Source: a bacterium (GTDB lineage: Bacteria; Margulisbacteria; Marinamargulisbacteria; JABGVJ01). From it: a stretch of DNA of 64,000 nt. Under the pieces are notes generated by a model. That model did not search any database. It was not told the origin of the DNA and worked only from the letters and a program-made list of their open reading frames with translations. The stretch is taken from assembly GCA_018646105.1 (NCBI GenBank), contig JABGVJ010000013.1:1517-65516 (forward strand), given 5' to 3'. The stretch's first letter is position 1; every line of letters starts with the position of its first letter. The position numbers and the translations under genes were made by a program. Below are positions 31,551-41,402 of the stretch, piece by piece.

Positions 31551-31712
31551 ATATGCATACCCCTTTTAAAATCTTTGATCAAAGGACTGTTTTTATACTC
31601 TATCTATGAAGTCTGTCGCGAAACATCTTAATTTGGGATAAACATCCAAAAAAAATTTGCTAGCCACATTATAGAATGTTACTATATTAGATAATTTTGG
31701 AGGGTTTTACAA

Positions 31713-32060
31713 ATGGTTCTTGATTTTAATATAAATATTACCGAAGAAAAAAAAGCCCATACGGTTAGAGTTGCTGGAGACATCGATATTTACACAAGCC
31801 CTAAGTTGAAAAGTTTTTTAAAAAATTTATTGGGTGCGGGGCCAAAAAACGTTGTTTTAAATTTAGAAAATGTAAAATACATCGACAGTACCGGCTTAGG
31901 TACCATTGTTTTTTTATCAAAAGAATTGTACAAAAAAGAGCGGGGTTTTAGTATCGTGTCGCAAAGTTTACAATTAAAAAAAATATTTGAGGTTGCTGGG
32001 TTAACCAAAAAAAATATTTTGATTTTTGAAGAAGAATCCCTCGCATTGGCGAGCTTATAA
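31713..32060 (+). CDS. STAS-domain anti-sigma-factor antagonist (SpoIIAA/RsbV-like)
   Basis: 115 aa; VRVAGDIDIYTSPKLK…YIDSTGLG phospho-Ser loop motif (DSTG). Confidence 0.8.
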   Translation: MVLDFNINITEEKKAHTVRVAGDIDIYTSPKLKSFLKNLLGAGPKNVVLNLENVKYIDSTGLGTIVFLSKELYKKERGFSIVSQSLQLKKIFEVAGLTKKNILIFEEESLALASL

Positions 32061-32078
32061 GCTTGGGAGATAAAATTT

Positions 32079-32531
32079 ATGAAAAAAACCGATGTAAAAA
32101 CAACTGCAAAGTGTATAAGTATCAAAATTCCTTGTTATTCAGAATATGTGGGCGTTGTTAGATTAGCTGTTTCAGGTTTAGCTACACGAATGAACTTTTC
32201 AATTGAAGATATTGAAGATATTAAAATAGCTGTTTCAGAAGCTTGTACCAATTCCGTGCAATATGCTTATACAGAAAAAGAGAATAAATATATAGACATC
32301 TTATGTAATTCCTATAAGGATAAATTAGAACTTATCGTATCTGATACAGGAATAGGTTTTGATCTCAATACAGTTACAAACAGCCGCAAAGTTATAGAAA
32401 AAGACAAATTGGGTTTAGGTTTGGGTATAACTTTTATGAAAAGTTTAATGGACAAAACAGATATTATATCCACTATCGGACAAGGTACAACCATAAAAAT
32501 GACTAAAAAATTATCCGTACCCCGCAAATAG
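32079..32531 (+). CDS. anti-sigma regulatory factor serine kinase (SpoIIAB/RsbW-like HATPase)
   Basis: 150 aa; E…N-box AVSEACTNSVQYAY, G-boxes SDTGIGF and GLGLGIT; adjacent to STAS gene. Confidence 0.75.
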   Translation: MKKTDVKTTAKCISIKIPCYSEYVGVVRLAVSGLATRMNFSIEDIEDIKIAVSEACTNSVQYAYTEKENKYIDILCNSYKDKLELIVSDTGIGFDLNTVTNSRKVIEKDKLGLGLGITFMKSLMDKTDIISTIGQGTTIKMTKKLSVPRK

Positions 32532-32565
32532 GAGTTCCATTCTGATTAAATTTCTTTTTTGGTTA

Positions 32566-32829
32566 TTGACAATTGTGTTATACGCTTGGGTTTTCAAGCA
32601 AGTTTTTAAGTTGAACACTTTTCTCGCTTTGCTATTTAGCTTAACGGCCTCTGTTTTTCCGATTAGCATTCTCTTGATTTTACCTATATGCTTTTTTAAA
32701 TCTAATCGGTCTCTCTTTACTCATAAAGGGAAAAAAATATTCGATACCATTTTATGTTCAAAATGTGGTAAAGAAAATTCGAAAGATAGAGCTTCTTGCT
32801 CCAAATGCCAAAATAAACTTATAGTTTAG
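32566..32829 (+). CDS. small membrane protein with C-terminal zinc-ribbon
   Basis: Two TM helices followed by CSKCGKEN…CSKCQNK. Confidence 0.4.
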   Translation: MTIVLYAWVFKQVFKLNTFLALLFSLTASVFPISILLILPICFFKSNRSLFTHKGKKIFDTILCSKCGKENSKDRASCSKCQNKLIV

Positions 32830-32906
32830 ATAGAAATGCTTGAAGCGTCTCCTTAAAAGGTCTATACTTTATAAAAAAATCCTAGGAATTAAAGTGATTG
32901 TTTTGA

Positions 32907-33776
32907 ATGAATAAAAAAAAACTGTTTTATATTAGTGCTTTTCTTTTTTTTACGGCTATTCTAGGGCTTTTTTTTACAGCTGAGTTTAATACTAATTTTA
33001 AAGTAGATAGTGAATATTTTTTAAACTCCGTTGAAAACAAAGAAAAACAATTAGAGTATTATTTTTTTAAACAAGAGTTAGCTCAAAAATTATTAAAAGA
33101 TGCCCTCTTGATGGAAAAAGAAGTAAAAAACTACCTAGCATCCCGAGAAAATTCCCATATTGATAATTATGACTTATATTGGACCAGTTTTACTAAAGAA
33201 ATGGGCCTGCTTTATTCTAGTTTTACGCAAAATTCTTTAGAAAAAGAAAAACAATTATTAGATGATGTTATGGATAGCTATACCAAATATACAATTAGCT
33301 ACACTAATCTACGATCTATAACAAATACGGAAAAAAGCGGAGTCGCCTCTTTAAGTCGTTTAAGTTCTGATCTTGATCAAATTAACAAAAAAATTGTTTT
33401 AAATTTAGACTCTTTAAATTTGCTATATGCAAAAAAAATACAAAAAACATTTAGAGAGCATAAGCAAATCTCTTATTTTACCTTACAGGCCGTTAATGAA
33501 AACCTGATCTCTAAAACACATAAAATTAAACAAGGCTTATATTTTGCTATCTTTTTGATATTTGGTGGGTTTCTAATATATATGGCGCTCTTTTTATTAA
33601 ACCCGGAAAATTTTCAAAAGGAAAAAAAACAAGAAAAAGACGATATTTTAAACTTAAATAAAAATCAAAATTCCTGGAAAAAAATACCGGAAGAAAACAC
33701 AGAAATTAAGCTTGATCAATTAAAAAAAGAAACGCGTAGCCCTTATTTAAAAGAAGTGTTTTATGGTAAACCGTGA
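32907..33776 (+). CDS. hypothetical bitopic membrane / coiled-coil protein
   Basis: N-terminal TM, long helical region, second TM near 200-225, K/E-rich tail. Confidence 0.4.
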   Translation: MNKKKLFYISAFLFFTAILGLFFTAEFNTNFKVDSEYFLNSVENKEKQLEYYFFKQELAQKLLKDALLMEKEVKNYLASRENSHIDNYDLYWTSFTKEMGLLYSSFTQNSLEKEKQLLDDVMDSYTKYTISYTNLRSITNTEKSGVASLSRLSSDLDQINKKIVLNLDSLNLLYAKKIQKTFREHKQISYFTLQAVNENLISKTHKIKQGLYFAIFLIFGGFLIYMALFLLNPENFQKEKKQEKDDILNLNKNQNSWKKIPEENTEIKLDQLKKETRSPYLKEVFYGKP

Positions 33777-33849
33777 TTTACACGTAGAAAGCCACCCGCG
33801 GTTCTTCTGCTAATTCGCGGAGTAATGTCATTCTCGTTTAGGGGGAAAA

Positions 33850-35394
33850 ATGTCACAAAATCTTTATTCCATATTATCGAAGTATAAATTACTATCTAAA
33901 ACTAAACTTGACCCCTTTAAAAATTTTAATAATCCGGATTTATTTGAAATAGTTCGAGATAATTTTCAAATACCAGAAGAAAAATTATTAACCGCAATTG
34001 CTAAAGAGTGCTCATTAGCTTTTGAAAAATTAAATGCCCTTTTTATAGATCATGAATTTTTAAAACAATTCAAAAATACTATTTTACAAGAATATCGTTT
34101 TTTGCCTATTTATGAAAAAGAAAATTATATCTATATTGCTACGGACAATCCTTTTGATACTAAAAAAACTGATTATCTAAAAAAAACGTATCAAAAAAAA
34201 ATACGCTTAATCTTAATATCTTCTGTTGATCTTAATACATATTTGGGACAAAAAAATAAACAAATAACTAATTTAAAAAATACTATTTTAGATAAATTAA
34301 TAATTTTAGCATTAGAAAAAAAAGCTTCTGATATTCATATTAATCGAAAAGAAAAAGAAGCCACGATAAAATTTAGAATAAACGGGCAATTACATTTTGT
34401 GGAAAGCTTCGATTTAGAAAACAGCGAAAAATTAATGGCTATTTTAAAATTCCAGGCTGGAATGGATATTTCAAAAATAATAAAGCCTCAAGACGGAAGA
34501 ATTTCTTATGATTATAAAAATCAAAAATATGATATGAGGGTAGCCTCTCTACCTACGGTTTATGGTGAAGATTTTGTTTTGCGTTTATTTAACACAACTA
34601 CAACCACGGGAACTTGGTCGGAGCTAGGTTTCACTTCTAAAAATAAAAAAGTTATTGAAAAATTATTACGAGAGACTGCGGGATTAATCTTAGTAACAGG
34701 AACAACTGGCTCTGGTAAAAGTACAACTTTGTATTCTTTTTTAGAATATTTAAAACAAGATAATACAAAAAATATCGTTTCTTTAGAAGATCCAGTAGAA
34801 TATATTCTTGACGGAGTGCGCCAATCTCAAATTAACACGCAAGCTGGCTATACTTTTGTTAATGGCTTAAAGGCTGTTTTAAGACAAGATCCCGATATTA
34901 TAATGATTGGGGAAATAAGAGACAGGGAAACAGCCAAAATAGCCTTAGACGCTGCATACACTGGCCACTTAGTTTTAGCTACTTTGCACACCACCAACGT
35001 ACAAGCTACGCTTTTAAGGCTAATGAGTTTCGAACTAGATCCTTTTATAATACAGCATTCTTTAAAAGGTATAATTTCACAAAAATTAGTAGCACGTTTA
35101 TGCCCGTACTGTAGAAAAGAAATAAAAATAAAAGGTTTTAAAAAGGCCTTTCACTCCATCGGTTGTCAAAAATGTTTATATACAAAACAAGATGGTAGAA
35201 TATTACTTTCCGAAATATGGACGGCAAAAAAGAAAAAACACAAAAAAACAAGCTTCCATATCAATACAGTGTCGGATTCTTTAAATGACCTTGCTTTTAA
35301 TGGCTATTCTTTGTTTACAGATGACTTAACGGAAAAAATAGAAACCGGTCTTGTTTCTTACCAGGAAGCGAGCCTTGTGGAAAATGCTTTTTAA
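33850..35394 (+). CDS. GspE/PilB-family secretion ATPase (type II secretion / type IV pilus assembly ATPase)
   Basis: N-terminal GSPII_E_N-like domain, Walker A LVTGTTGSGKSTT, Asp box, Walker B, tetra-Cys zinc motif CPYC…CQKC. Confidence 0.85.
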   Translation: MSQNLYSILSKYKLLSKTKLDPFKNFNNPDLFEIVRDNFQIPEEKLLTAIAKECSLAFEKLNALFIDHEFLKQFKNTILQEYRFLPIYEKENYIYIATDNPFDTKKTDYLKKTYQKKIRLILISSVDLNTYLGQKNKQITNLKNTILDKLIILALEKKASDIHINRKEKEATIKFRINGQLHFVESFDLENSEKLMAILKFQAGMDISKIIKPQDGRISYDYKNQKYDMRVASLPTVYGEDFVLRLFNTTTTTGTWSELGFTSKNKKVIEKLLRETAGLILVTGTTGSGKSTTLYSFLEYLKQDNTKNIVSLEDPVEYILDGVRQSQINTQAGYTFVNGLKAVLRQDPDIIMIGEIRDRETAKIALDAAYTGHLVLATLHTTNVQATLLRLMSFELDPFIIQHSLKGIISQKLVARLCPYCRKEIKIKGFKKAFHSIGCQKCLYTKQDGRILLSEIWTAKKKKHKKTSFHINTVSDSLNDLAFNGYSLFTDDLTEKIETGLVSYQEASLVENAF

Positions 35395-37547
35395 TTTTGT
35401 AAACTAAGCATTTGTTTAAGTCCTGTGTATCTTAATTTTTCACGGTTATTTTGAATCGCAATTTCCACAGCTTTTTTACTTCCTACTAAAATTACTAATT
35501 GTTTACCACGGGTAATAGCGGTATAAAGAAGGTTTCTGTTGAGCATTATAAAATGGGTGGAATGAATTGGTATCACGACACAAGGGCATTCGCTCCCTTG
35601 ATATTTATGGATAGATACTGCATATGATAAAATTAATTCATCTATTTCGGAAAAAGAATAGACGACGTTTTTTTCTTCAAAATCTATTTGTATTTGCTCG
35701 TCTAAAATATTTATTTTAGAGACGTAACCGATATCTCCGTTATATACCTCTTTATAATAATTATTTTTGATCTGCATAATTTTGTCCCCTACTAAAAAAT
35801 TTCTGCCAAGTTTAGATAGTGGCTCTTCTTTAGTAGTATTTAAGTTGGTCTGTAATAAAAAATTTAAATTTTCCGTACCGATCGGGCCTTTTTTCATGGG
35901 GGTTAACACTTGAATGTCTCTTAATGGATCCAATTGGTATTTTGAGGGTAACCGTTTTGTCAATAAATCAACTATTATATTTTGTATCTTCCCTAAATTT
36001 TCTTCTTCCAAAAAGAAAAAATCTCCGTGACTATAATTCTTTAAATCTAGCGACTGCCCATTGTTTACTTTATGTGCATTAATAATAATATTGGAAAAAG
36101 CGCCCTGGCGAAAAATTTCCACCAACTTGGATACTGATATCCTATGGGAACAAATAAAGTCCCTAAGGACATTTCCAGGGCCAATGCTCGGCAATTGATC
36201 TATGTCACCAATGAACAATATTTTACTGTGGTTCGGAATAGCCTTTAAAAGATGATACATTAAAAAAGTGTCCATCATACTAACTTCATCTATAATCAGA
36301 AAATCACATTGCAACGGATTTTTTCTATTTCTTTTAAACCCGCGCTTTTTAAAATCATATCCTAATAAAGTATGTATAGTGGAGGCCTGCAGTCCCGTAA
36401 TTTCAGTCATTCTTTTGGCAGCTCTTCCCGTAGGTGCCGCTAAAAAAATCTTGGTTTTATACTTTTCGGTGATACAAACCAAGGCTTTAATTAAAGTGCT
36501 TTTACCGGTACCTGGTCCGCCTGTAATGATGTGTATTTTTCTATTAAATACTTCTTGAATTGTTGAGAGTTGACTAGGAGATAACTGGAGTTCCAGGTGC
36601 TGCTGAAGCCATTCTAAATTTTCCGAGGCATTAAAATCTATTGCTAAATCAGAAAAGCTTAACAACCGATTTATTTCTTTGGCAATACCAATTTCGCTCA
36701 AGTAATACGGCTTAAACCAGATAAAAAGGCCCTCGTCTTCTTGTTCGGACAAAATAATTCTTTCATTAATAACTAAGGCCTGTAGTCGGCTTTCTATAAA
36801 ATCGGGAGCAACTCCTAAAATTTTTTTGGCTCGGGGAATAAATCCTTTTAAGGGGTAACAAACATTTCCTTCTTTTGCTAATTCCAAAAGGCAAAATTCA
36901 ATGCCGGCATCAATTCTTTTATTAGAGGACAATCCTATGCCCATTTTTTGAGCAATCGCGTCAGCACTCTTAAATCCTATCCCATCTATTTTTTGTGCTA
37001 ATTCATATGGATTTTCTTTGATTTTTTCTATACAATTATCCCCAAAAAGAGAGATGATTTTTTGCGTATAGATAGCGCTAATATCATAAGTTTGAAGAAA
37101 AAAGACAATTTCACGAAGAGATTTTTGATCTTGCCAATTTTTTTTTATTTTTTCAATCTTTTTTTTACCTATTCCTGGTATTTCTAACAGTCGGTATGGT
37201 GAATGCTCTAAAATATCTAGAGTCGTGAGTTTAAAATAATCTACTATTTTTTGAGCATATACAGCTCCTATGCCTGATAAAAAACCTGAGCTAAGATATT
37301 TTTCAATAGCTACTAAATCTCGTGGTTTTTCTAAAGTATAGCTCTGAACCTCAAATTGAGGGCCGAAAACAGGGTGGGTTTTCCAGCGCCCGACACAAGC
37401 AATAGTTTCTCCGGCTTGTACACTAGAAATTTTACCTACAATACAGGTTAGTTCTTTTTTTTTTGGTTCTTTAATACGAGCTATCGTAAAACCGTTTTCC
37501 AAATTTTGAAAAGTAATTCTTTCTATATATCCAGTGATTTCTTCCAT
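35391..37547 (-). CDS. recD2: RecD2-like ATP-dependent DNA helicase (SF1)
   Basis: 718 aa; N-terminal OB/HhH, Walker A ITGGPGTGKST, DEVSMMD (Walker B), C-terminal SH3-like. Confidence 0.85.
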   Translation of the reverse strand: MEEITGYIERITFQNLENGFTIARIKEPKKKELTCIVGKISSVQAGETIACVGRWKTHPVFGPQFEVQSYTLEKPRDLVAIEKYLSSGFLSGIGAVYAQKIVDYFKLTTLDILEHSPYRLLEIPGIGKKKIEKIKKNWQDQKSLREIVFFLQTYDISAIYTQKIISLFGDNCIEKIKENPYELAQKIDGIGFKSADAIAQKMGIGLSSNKRIDAGIEFCLLELAKEGNVCYPLKGFIPRAKKILGVAPDFIESRLQALVINERIILSEQEDEGLFIWFKPYYLSEIGIAKEINRLLSFSDLAIDFNASENLEWLQQHLELQLSPSQLSTIQEVFNRKIHIITGGPGTGKSTLIKALVCITEKYKTKIFLAAPTGRAAKRMTEITGLQASTIHTLLGYDFKKRGFKRNRKNPLQCDFLIIDEVSMMDTFLMYHLLKAIPNHSKILFIGDIDQLPSIGPGNVLRDFICSHRISVSKLVEIFRQGAFSNIIINAHKVNNGQSLDLKNYSHGDFFFLEEENLGKIQNIIVDLLTKRLPSKYQLDPLRDIQVLTPMKKGPIGTENLNFLLQTNLNTTKEEPLSKLGRNFLVGDKIMQIKNNYYKEVYNGDIGYVSKINILDEQIQIDFEEKNVVYSFSEIDELILSYAVSIHKYQGSECPCVVIPIHSTHFIMLNRNLLYTAITRGKQLVILVGSKKAVEIAIQNNREKLRYTGLKQMLSLQN

Positions 37548-37568
37548 AGCTGGTTATTTTAGCATAAT

Positions 37569-38897
37569 TTATAAGATGTCGTATTTAATGTTTAGTTTTT
37601 TTAAAATGGAAAAAAAATTAGGAAATGAAGTGTTAATACAATCACAATTTTTAATCAGTGCTGTTTTGCCAGCGGCTATGGCGCCGATAATAGCAGACAT
37701 GGCTATACGATGATCTAGATTGGGGTCTAGCTCAAAATCCTGAAATTCACCTGTAGGCGTAATTTCAAAACCATCTTCAAATTCAAGGATGTGTCCGCCC
37801 ATTTTACGAACTAAATTAACAATGGCTTTAATACGATCAGATTCTTTAACCCTTAATTCTTGGGCATTTCTAATTATAAATTTGCCTTTACCAAACATTG
37901 CGGCAACCGCTAAAATCGGAATTTCATCAATAAAATAAGGAATATCTTGATTTATTTTTAGATTTTTCAACACCGAGCTTTTGATTTCAATATCTCCACG
38001 AGGCTCAAACTCCTCTGAAAAATTGGTGGTGATTATTTTTCCTTCCATCTCTTTTAAGATGTGTGCAATTTTATTGCGTGTGGGATTAAGGCCTATGTTT
38101 TTTAAACAAAGTTTACTGTTTTTTAAAATAAGCCCTAAAACCATAAAAAAAGCTGCCGATGAAATATCAGATGGAATCGCGATGCTTGTGCTCTTTGAGT
38201 TAATTAAACTTAATTTTTTAGAGCCTGAAATTTCAATGGTTTTGTCTTTTATTTTAAGATCCGCATTAAATAGTTTGAGCATTCTCTCAGTGTGATCACG
38301 AGATGTTTCTTTTTGATAAATAATAGTTTTTTTTAAGGAGTATAGAGACGCTAACATAATACAAGATTTAAGCTGTGCACTTGGTATTGGCAATAAATAT
38401 TCTATATTTTTTAAGGGGGCTCCAATTATTTTTAGTGGTGGGTAAATATTGTTATTTTGTTTTTCACCTTTTATCTTAGCGCCCATGGCGACTAAAGGGG
38501 TTATAATTCTTTTCATAGGTCTTTTTTGTATAGAACTGTCTCCGGTTATTACAGAGGTGAATTTTTGACCGGCTAAAATTCCGGCAATAAGCCTGATAGA
38601 TGTACCGGAATTGCCTACATTTAAATTTTCTACAGGAGGGGTTAGACCATATAAACCGACTCCTTCAATTTCTATTTTATGCTGGGGGTTATTAATTTTA
38701 ATATTTACCCCTAATGATTGAAATATTTTAATAGTATTCAAACAATCTTCAGAGAATAAAAAATTAGAAAATTTTACTCGGTTTTGAGATAAAGATGAAA
38801 TAATAACAGCTCTATGGGAAATAGATTTATCGCCTGGTATATCAGAGATTAGATGATTCGTATTAATATTTTCTGATGGGAAAATTTTACAATCCAT
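37569..38897 (-). CDS. aroA: 3-phosphoshikimate 1-carboxyvinyltransferase (EPSP synthase)
   Basis: IPGDKSISHRAVIISSL and NVGNSGTSIRLIAGILAG match AroA signatures; 442 aa. Confidence 0.85.
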   Translation of the reverse strand: MDCKIFPSENINTNHLISDIPGDKSISHRAVIISSLSQNRVKFSNFLFSEDCLNTIKIFQSLGVNIKINNPQHKIEIEGVGLYGLTPPVENLNVGNSGTSIRLIAGILAGQKFTSVITGDSSIQKRPMKRIITPLVAMGAKIKGEKQNNNIYPPLKIIGAPLKNIEYLLPIPSAQLKSCIMLASLYSLKKTIIYQKETSRDHTERMLKLFNADLKIKDKTIEISGSKKLSLINSKSTSIAIPSDISSAAFFMVLGLILKNSKLCLKNIGLNPTRNKIAHILKEMEGKIITTNFSEEFEPRGDIEIKSSVLKNLKINQDIPYFIDEIPILAVAAMFGKGKFIIRNAQELRVKESDRIKAIVNLVRKMGGHILEFEDGFEITPTGEFQDFELDPNLDHRIAMSAIIGAIAAGKTALIKNCDCINTSFPNFFSILKKLNIKYDIL

Positions 38898-38901
38898 AAA
38901 A

Positions 38902-39216
38902 TTAAATGATAATCTTTCTTTTTAATTCGCTTAAAACATCTTTTTCCCATTTGTGTGTAATATTACCTGAAAATTCGCCCCGTTTAACACCTTTCGTGTT
39001 GCCCAAATCAAGGGTTTGAATATTAATGTTATGCCGCTGGTTTAACTTAGGAAGGCCATCTAACAGAACATTGATCTTTTTTTCTTTTTCATCAATTTCG
39101 GTATTTAAAATATTAATGAATTCTTTGGCTAATTTATTGAATTCTTTTACAATACCCACTAGTTTTTGCGAGTCTTTTTGTTTTATTTTTCTTTTAAACT
39201 TATTTTCTAAGGTCAT
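38902..39216 (-). CDS. hypothetical protein
   Basis: 104-aa ORF tightly packed between aroA and upstream ORF (overlapping stop/start). Confidence 0.35.
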   Translation of the reverse strand: MTLENKFKRKIKQKDSQKLVGIVKEFNKLAKEFINILNTEIDEKEKKINVLLDGLPKLNQRHNINIQTLDLGNTKGVKRGEFSGNITHKWEKDVLSELKRKIII

Positions 39217-39866
39217 TTGTCTTCTCTTTTTTTATCTTGACCAGGATGCCTGTCTTTATGATCAGAGGATTCTTTTTTAGAAAATCGTTTTAGGCGTTCC
39301 TCTAGCTCCTCTAACCTTCGTCCTAATTCTTTGTTGCGATTATGCTTTGATTCCATTTCATCAACATATTTAAAAAATAAAGCTACTAATTCAGCATGTT
39401 CCGGGTTATCAAATTCAACATCAACTAATACTTTTTTTAGGGCTGCTATTTTCGCCATCTTAGCTTCGCGGGTAAGACCTGCTTTTTGAGCCTCTTTCTT
39501 GATTTTGGCCTCTTCTAATAGAGATAGCGCTTGGTCACTCAATGTTTCCTGAGATATTTCTTTTTCTTTTGTAGTTAATGGTTTTTTATCTTGACCTATT
39601 TGGGTGTGTTTATCAACAGCCTGAATATCATCGTGCTGAACACTTTTCTCAGCATCCTGAAAGGCTTCGTCTTTTAAACTATTGGGGTTTTCTACGCGTT
39701 TACCTTTTTTTGGCACAATACCAATTTCTTCTGAAAGATCTGAAATAGCCTCTCTCATTTGGTTAGCTATATCCTCTGCTCCTTTTCGGAGTTCAGCTGT
39801 TTTATTCCAAGCATTTTTAGTTAGTTGCTGAATAGAATCAGGAACTTTGTTAAACATAAGTGACAT
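39213..39866 (-). CDS. hypothetical charged coiled-coil protein
   Basis: 217 aa, E/K-rich, heads the putative operon hyp-hyp-aroA-recD2. Confidence 0.35.
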   Translation of the reverse strand: MSLMFNKVPDSIQQLTKNAWNKTAELRKGAEDIANQMREAISDLSEEIGIVPKKGKRVENPNSLKDEAFQDAEKSVQHDDIQAVDKHTQIGQDKKPLTTKEKEISQETLSDQALSLLEEAKIKKEAQKAGLTREAKMAKIAALKKVLVDVEFDNPEHAELVALFFKYVDEMESKHNRNKELGRRLEELEERLKRFSKKESSDHKDRHPGQDKKREDK

Positions 39867-40087
39867 ATATTGTATCTCCCTTCTTATATAGAGATTTTAA
39901 TTAAAATTATATTTTTTAGCAATTATAATTAACTGGCATAGATTTAGAAAGATACAAAAAGGAACTAACTATGTTATTAACAAGGCTCTAATATAAATTT
40001 AGAAGTGGTTGTGGTATATTATAAAGCGTGGTTGTTAATAAATTTACCGGTTCTTGTTTCGGTTAAAAATGATTTGAAAAATTAATT

Positions 40088-40639
40088 ATGTTAAAAAAAT
40101 ATTTTTTTATTCTTATTTTTGGTTTATGGGCTTTTATTAATCCTGTTGGTTTAAACGCTCAAATCAATCCTGTATTTAACAATGAGGATTTTCTAAATCC
40201 TGCTAAAATATCTTCTGCGAATTTATTTCAAACCGAAAATGTTTCTCGGTCTCAGCTTTTAAAAGAAACTAATAAAAATATTAGTATTTATTTTTATTTA
40301 TTTTTATTTATTTTTTTAACTACGCTCTCTGGAATATTTTTTGTGGGCTATTTAAATTACAAAAAACGCAAGTTATTCAGGAGTAGTGTTAAAAATTTTA
40401 AATTATTAGAAACATATAATTTAAAATCAAAATTAAATATACATATTTTAAAATTAGCTGATGAATTACTAATAATTGGAGAAAATAATAAACAATTTAA
40501 CTTTATACACGAAATTAAAAACGCAGAGTCAAAAAACAAAATACTCCTTAATGCTAAAAATGAAGGGCTTGATACGGAGCTAGAGTTTAGTCAATACTTA
40601 CAAAATTTCATTGAAAATAAAAATACGGATAAAGATTAA
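40088..40639 (+). CDS. hypothetical secreted/membrane protein
   Basis: Signal peptide, one additional TM; immediately upstream of sigma-28-like gene. Confidence 0.35.
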   Translation: MLKKYFFILIFGLWAFINPVGLNAQINPVFNNEDFLNPAKISSANLFQTENVSRSQLLKETNKNISIYFYLFLFIFLTTLSGIFFVGYLNYKKRKLFRSSVKNFKLLETYNLKSKLNIHILKLADELLIIGENNKQFNFIHEIKNAESKNKILLNAKNEGLDTELEFSQYLQNFIENKNTDKD

Positions 40640-40669
40640 TTTTAAAATTGAGGACAAAACAAAACTAAA

Positions 40670-41386
40670 ATGATCTTAAAAATAAAAAATAAAAATACGG
40701 AAAAATTAATTTTAAACAATTTGGATTTAGTGCGTTTTATTGTTGATAGATTGTGCTTTAAGTTGCCAGCTCATATAGAAAAAAAAGAATTAATTAGTAT
40801 CGGCTGCTTGGGTTTAATCGACGCGGCTCAAAAATATGATCCTCAAAAAAAATGTTCTTTTTCTACTTATGCTAATTTTAGAATAAAGGGTACTATTTTA
40901 GATAGTTTGAGAAAAAACAAACTAGGAGGACAGGCTCTTTGCAAAAAAATTAGAAAACTAGAAAATGCTATGGAAATTATTAAAAACAAAAAAAATGCAC
41001 CTGCTACAGATAAAGAAATAGCGACTTTTTTAAAAATTAAAGAAACAGATTTACAAGAATTATATTCGGAAATCTATAGATCGAATTACTTATCTCTAGA
41101 TACCTCTTTTAATAATACAAATACCGAGGGTATGAATAAACTCGATACAATATGTTCGGTTCATGATCATACTAATGAAGTTGAGATGCAAAATGTATTG
41201 AGTCAGGCTTTAAATAAATTAGCTGAAAAAGAAAAGTCGGTTTTAACTCATTACTATTATGAGGGGTTGTCTTTAAAAGAAATTGGCAGTGTATTAAGTT
41301 TGACTGAATCAAGAATTTCTCAATTACATACAAAAGCCATTTTGAAGTTAAGGAAAACTTTTCAATCCTGGGTAACTGAAATTTAG
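40670..41386 (+). CDS. fliA: sigma-28 (FliA/WhiG)-family RNA polymerase sigma factor
   Basis: Region 2 ISIGCLGLIDAAQKYDPQKKCSFSTYANFRIKGTILDSLRK; region 4 HTH VLTHYYYEGLSLKEIGSVLSLTESRISQLH. Confidence 0.8.
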   Translation: MILKIKNKNTEKLILNNLDLVRFIVDRLCFKLPAHIEKKELISIGCLGLIDAAQKYDPQKKCSFSTYANFRIKGTILDSLRKNKLGGQALCKKIRKLENAMEIIKNKKNAPATDKEIATFLKIKETDLQELYSEIYRSNYLSLDTSFNNTNTEGMNKLDTICSVHDHTNEVEMQNVLSQALNKLAEKEKSVLTHYYYEGLSLKEIGSVLSLTESRISQLHTKAILKLRKTFQSWVTEI

Positions 41387-41402
41387 TTTGGAGTAAAAAA
41401 TA

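Noticed and set aside
40283-40315. Tandem TTTTTATTTA x3 repeat, considered as CRISPR/VNTR
   Set aside because: Short, perfect, and inside a CDS encoding a hydrophobic YFYLFLFIFL segment; low-complexity coding repeat, no spacers.
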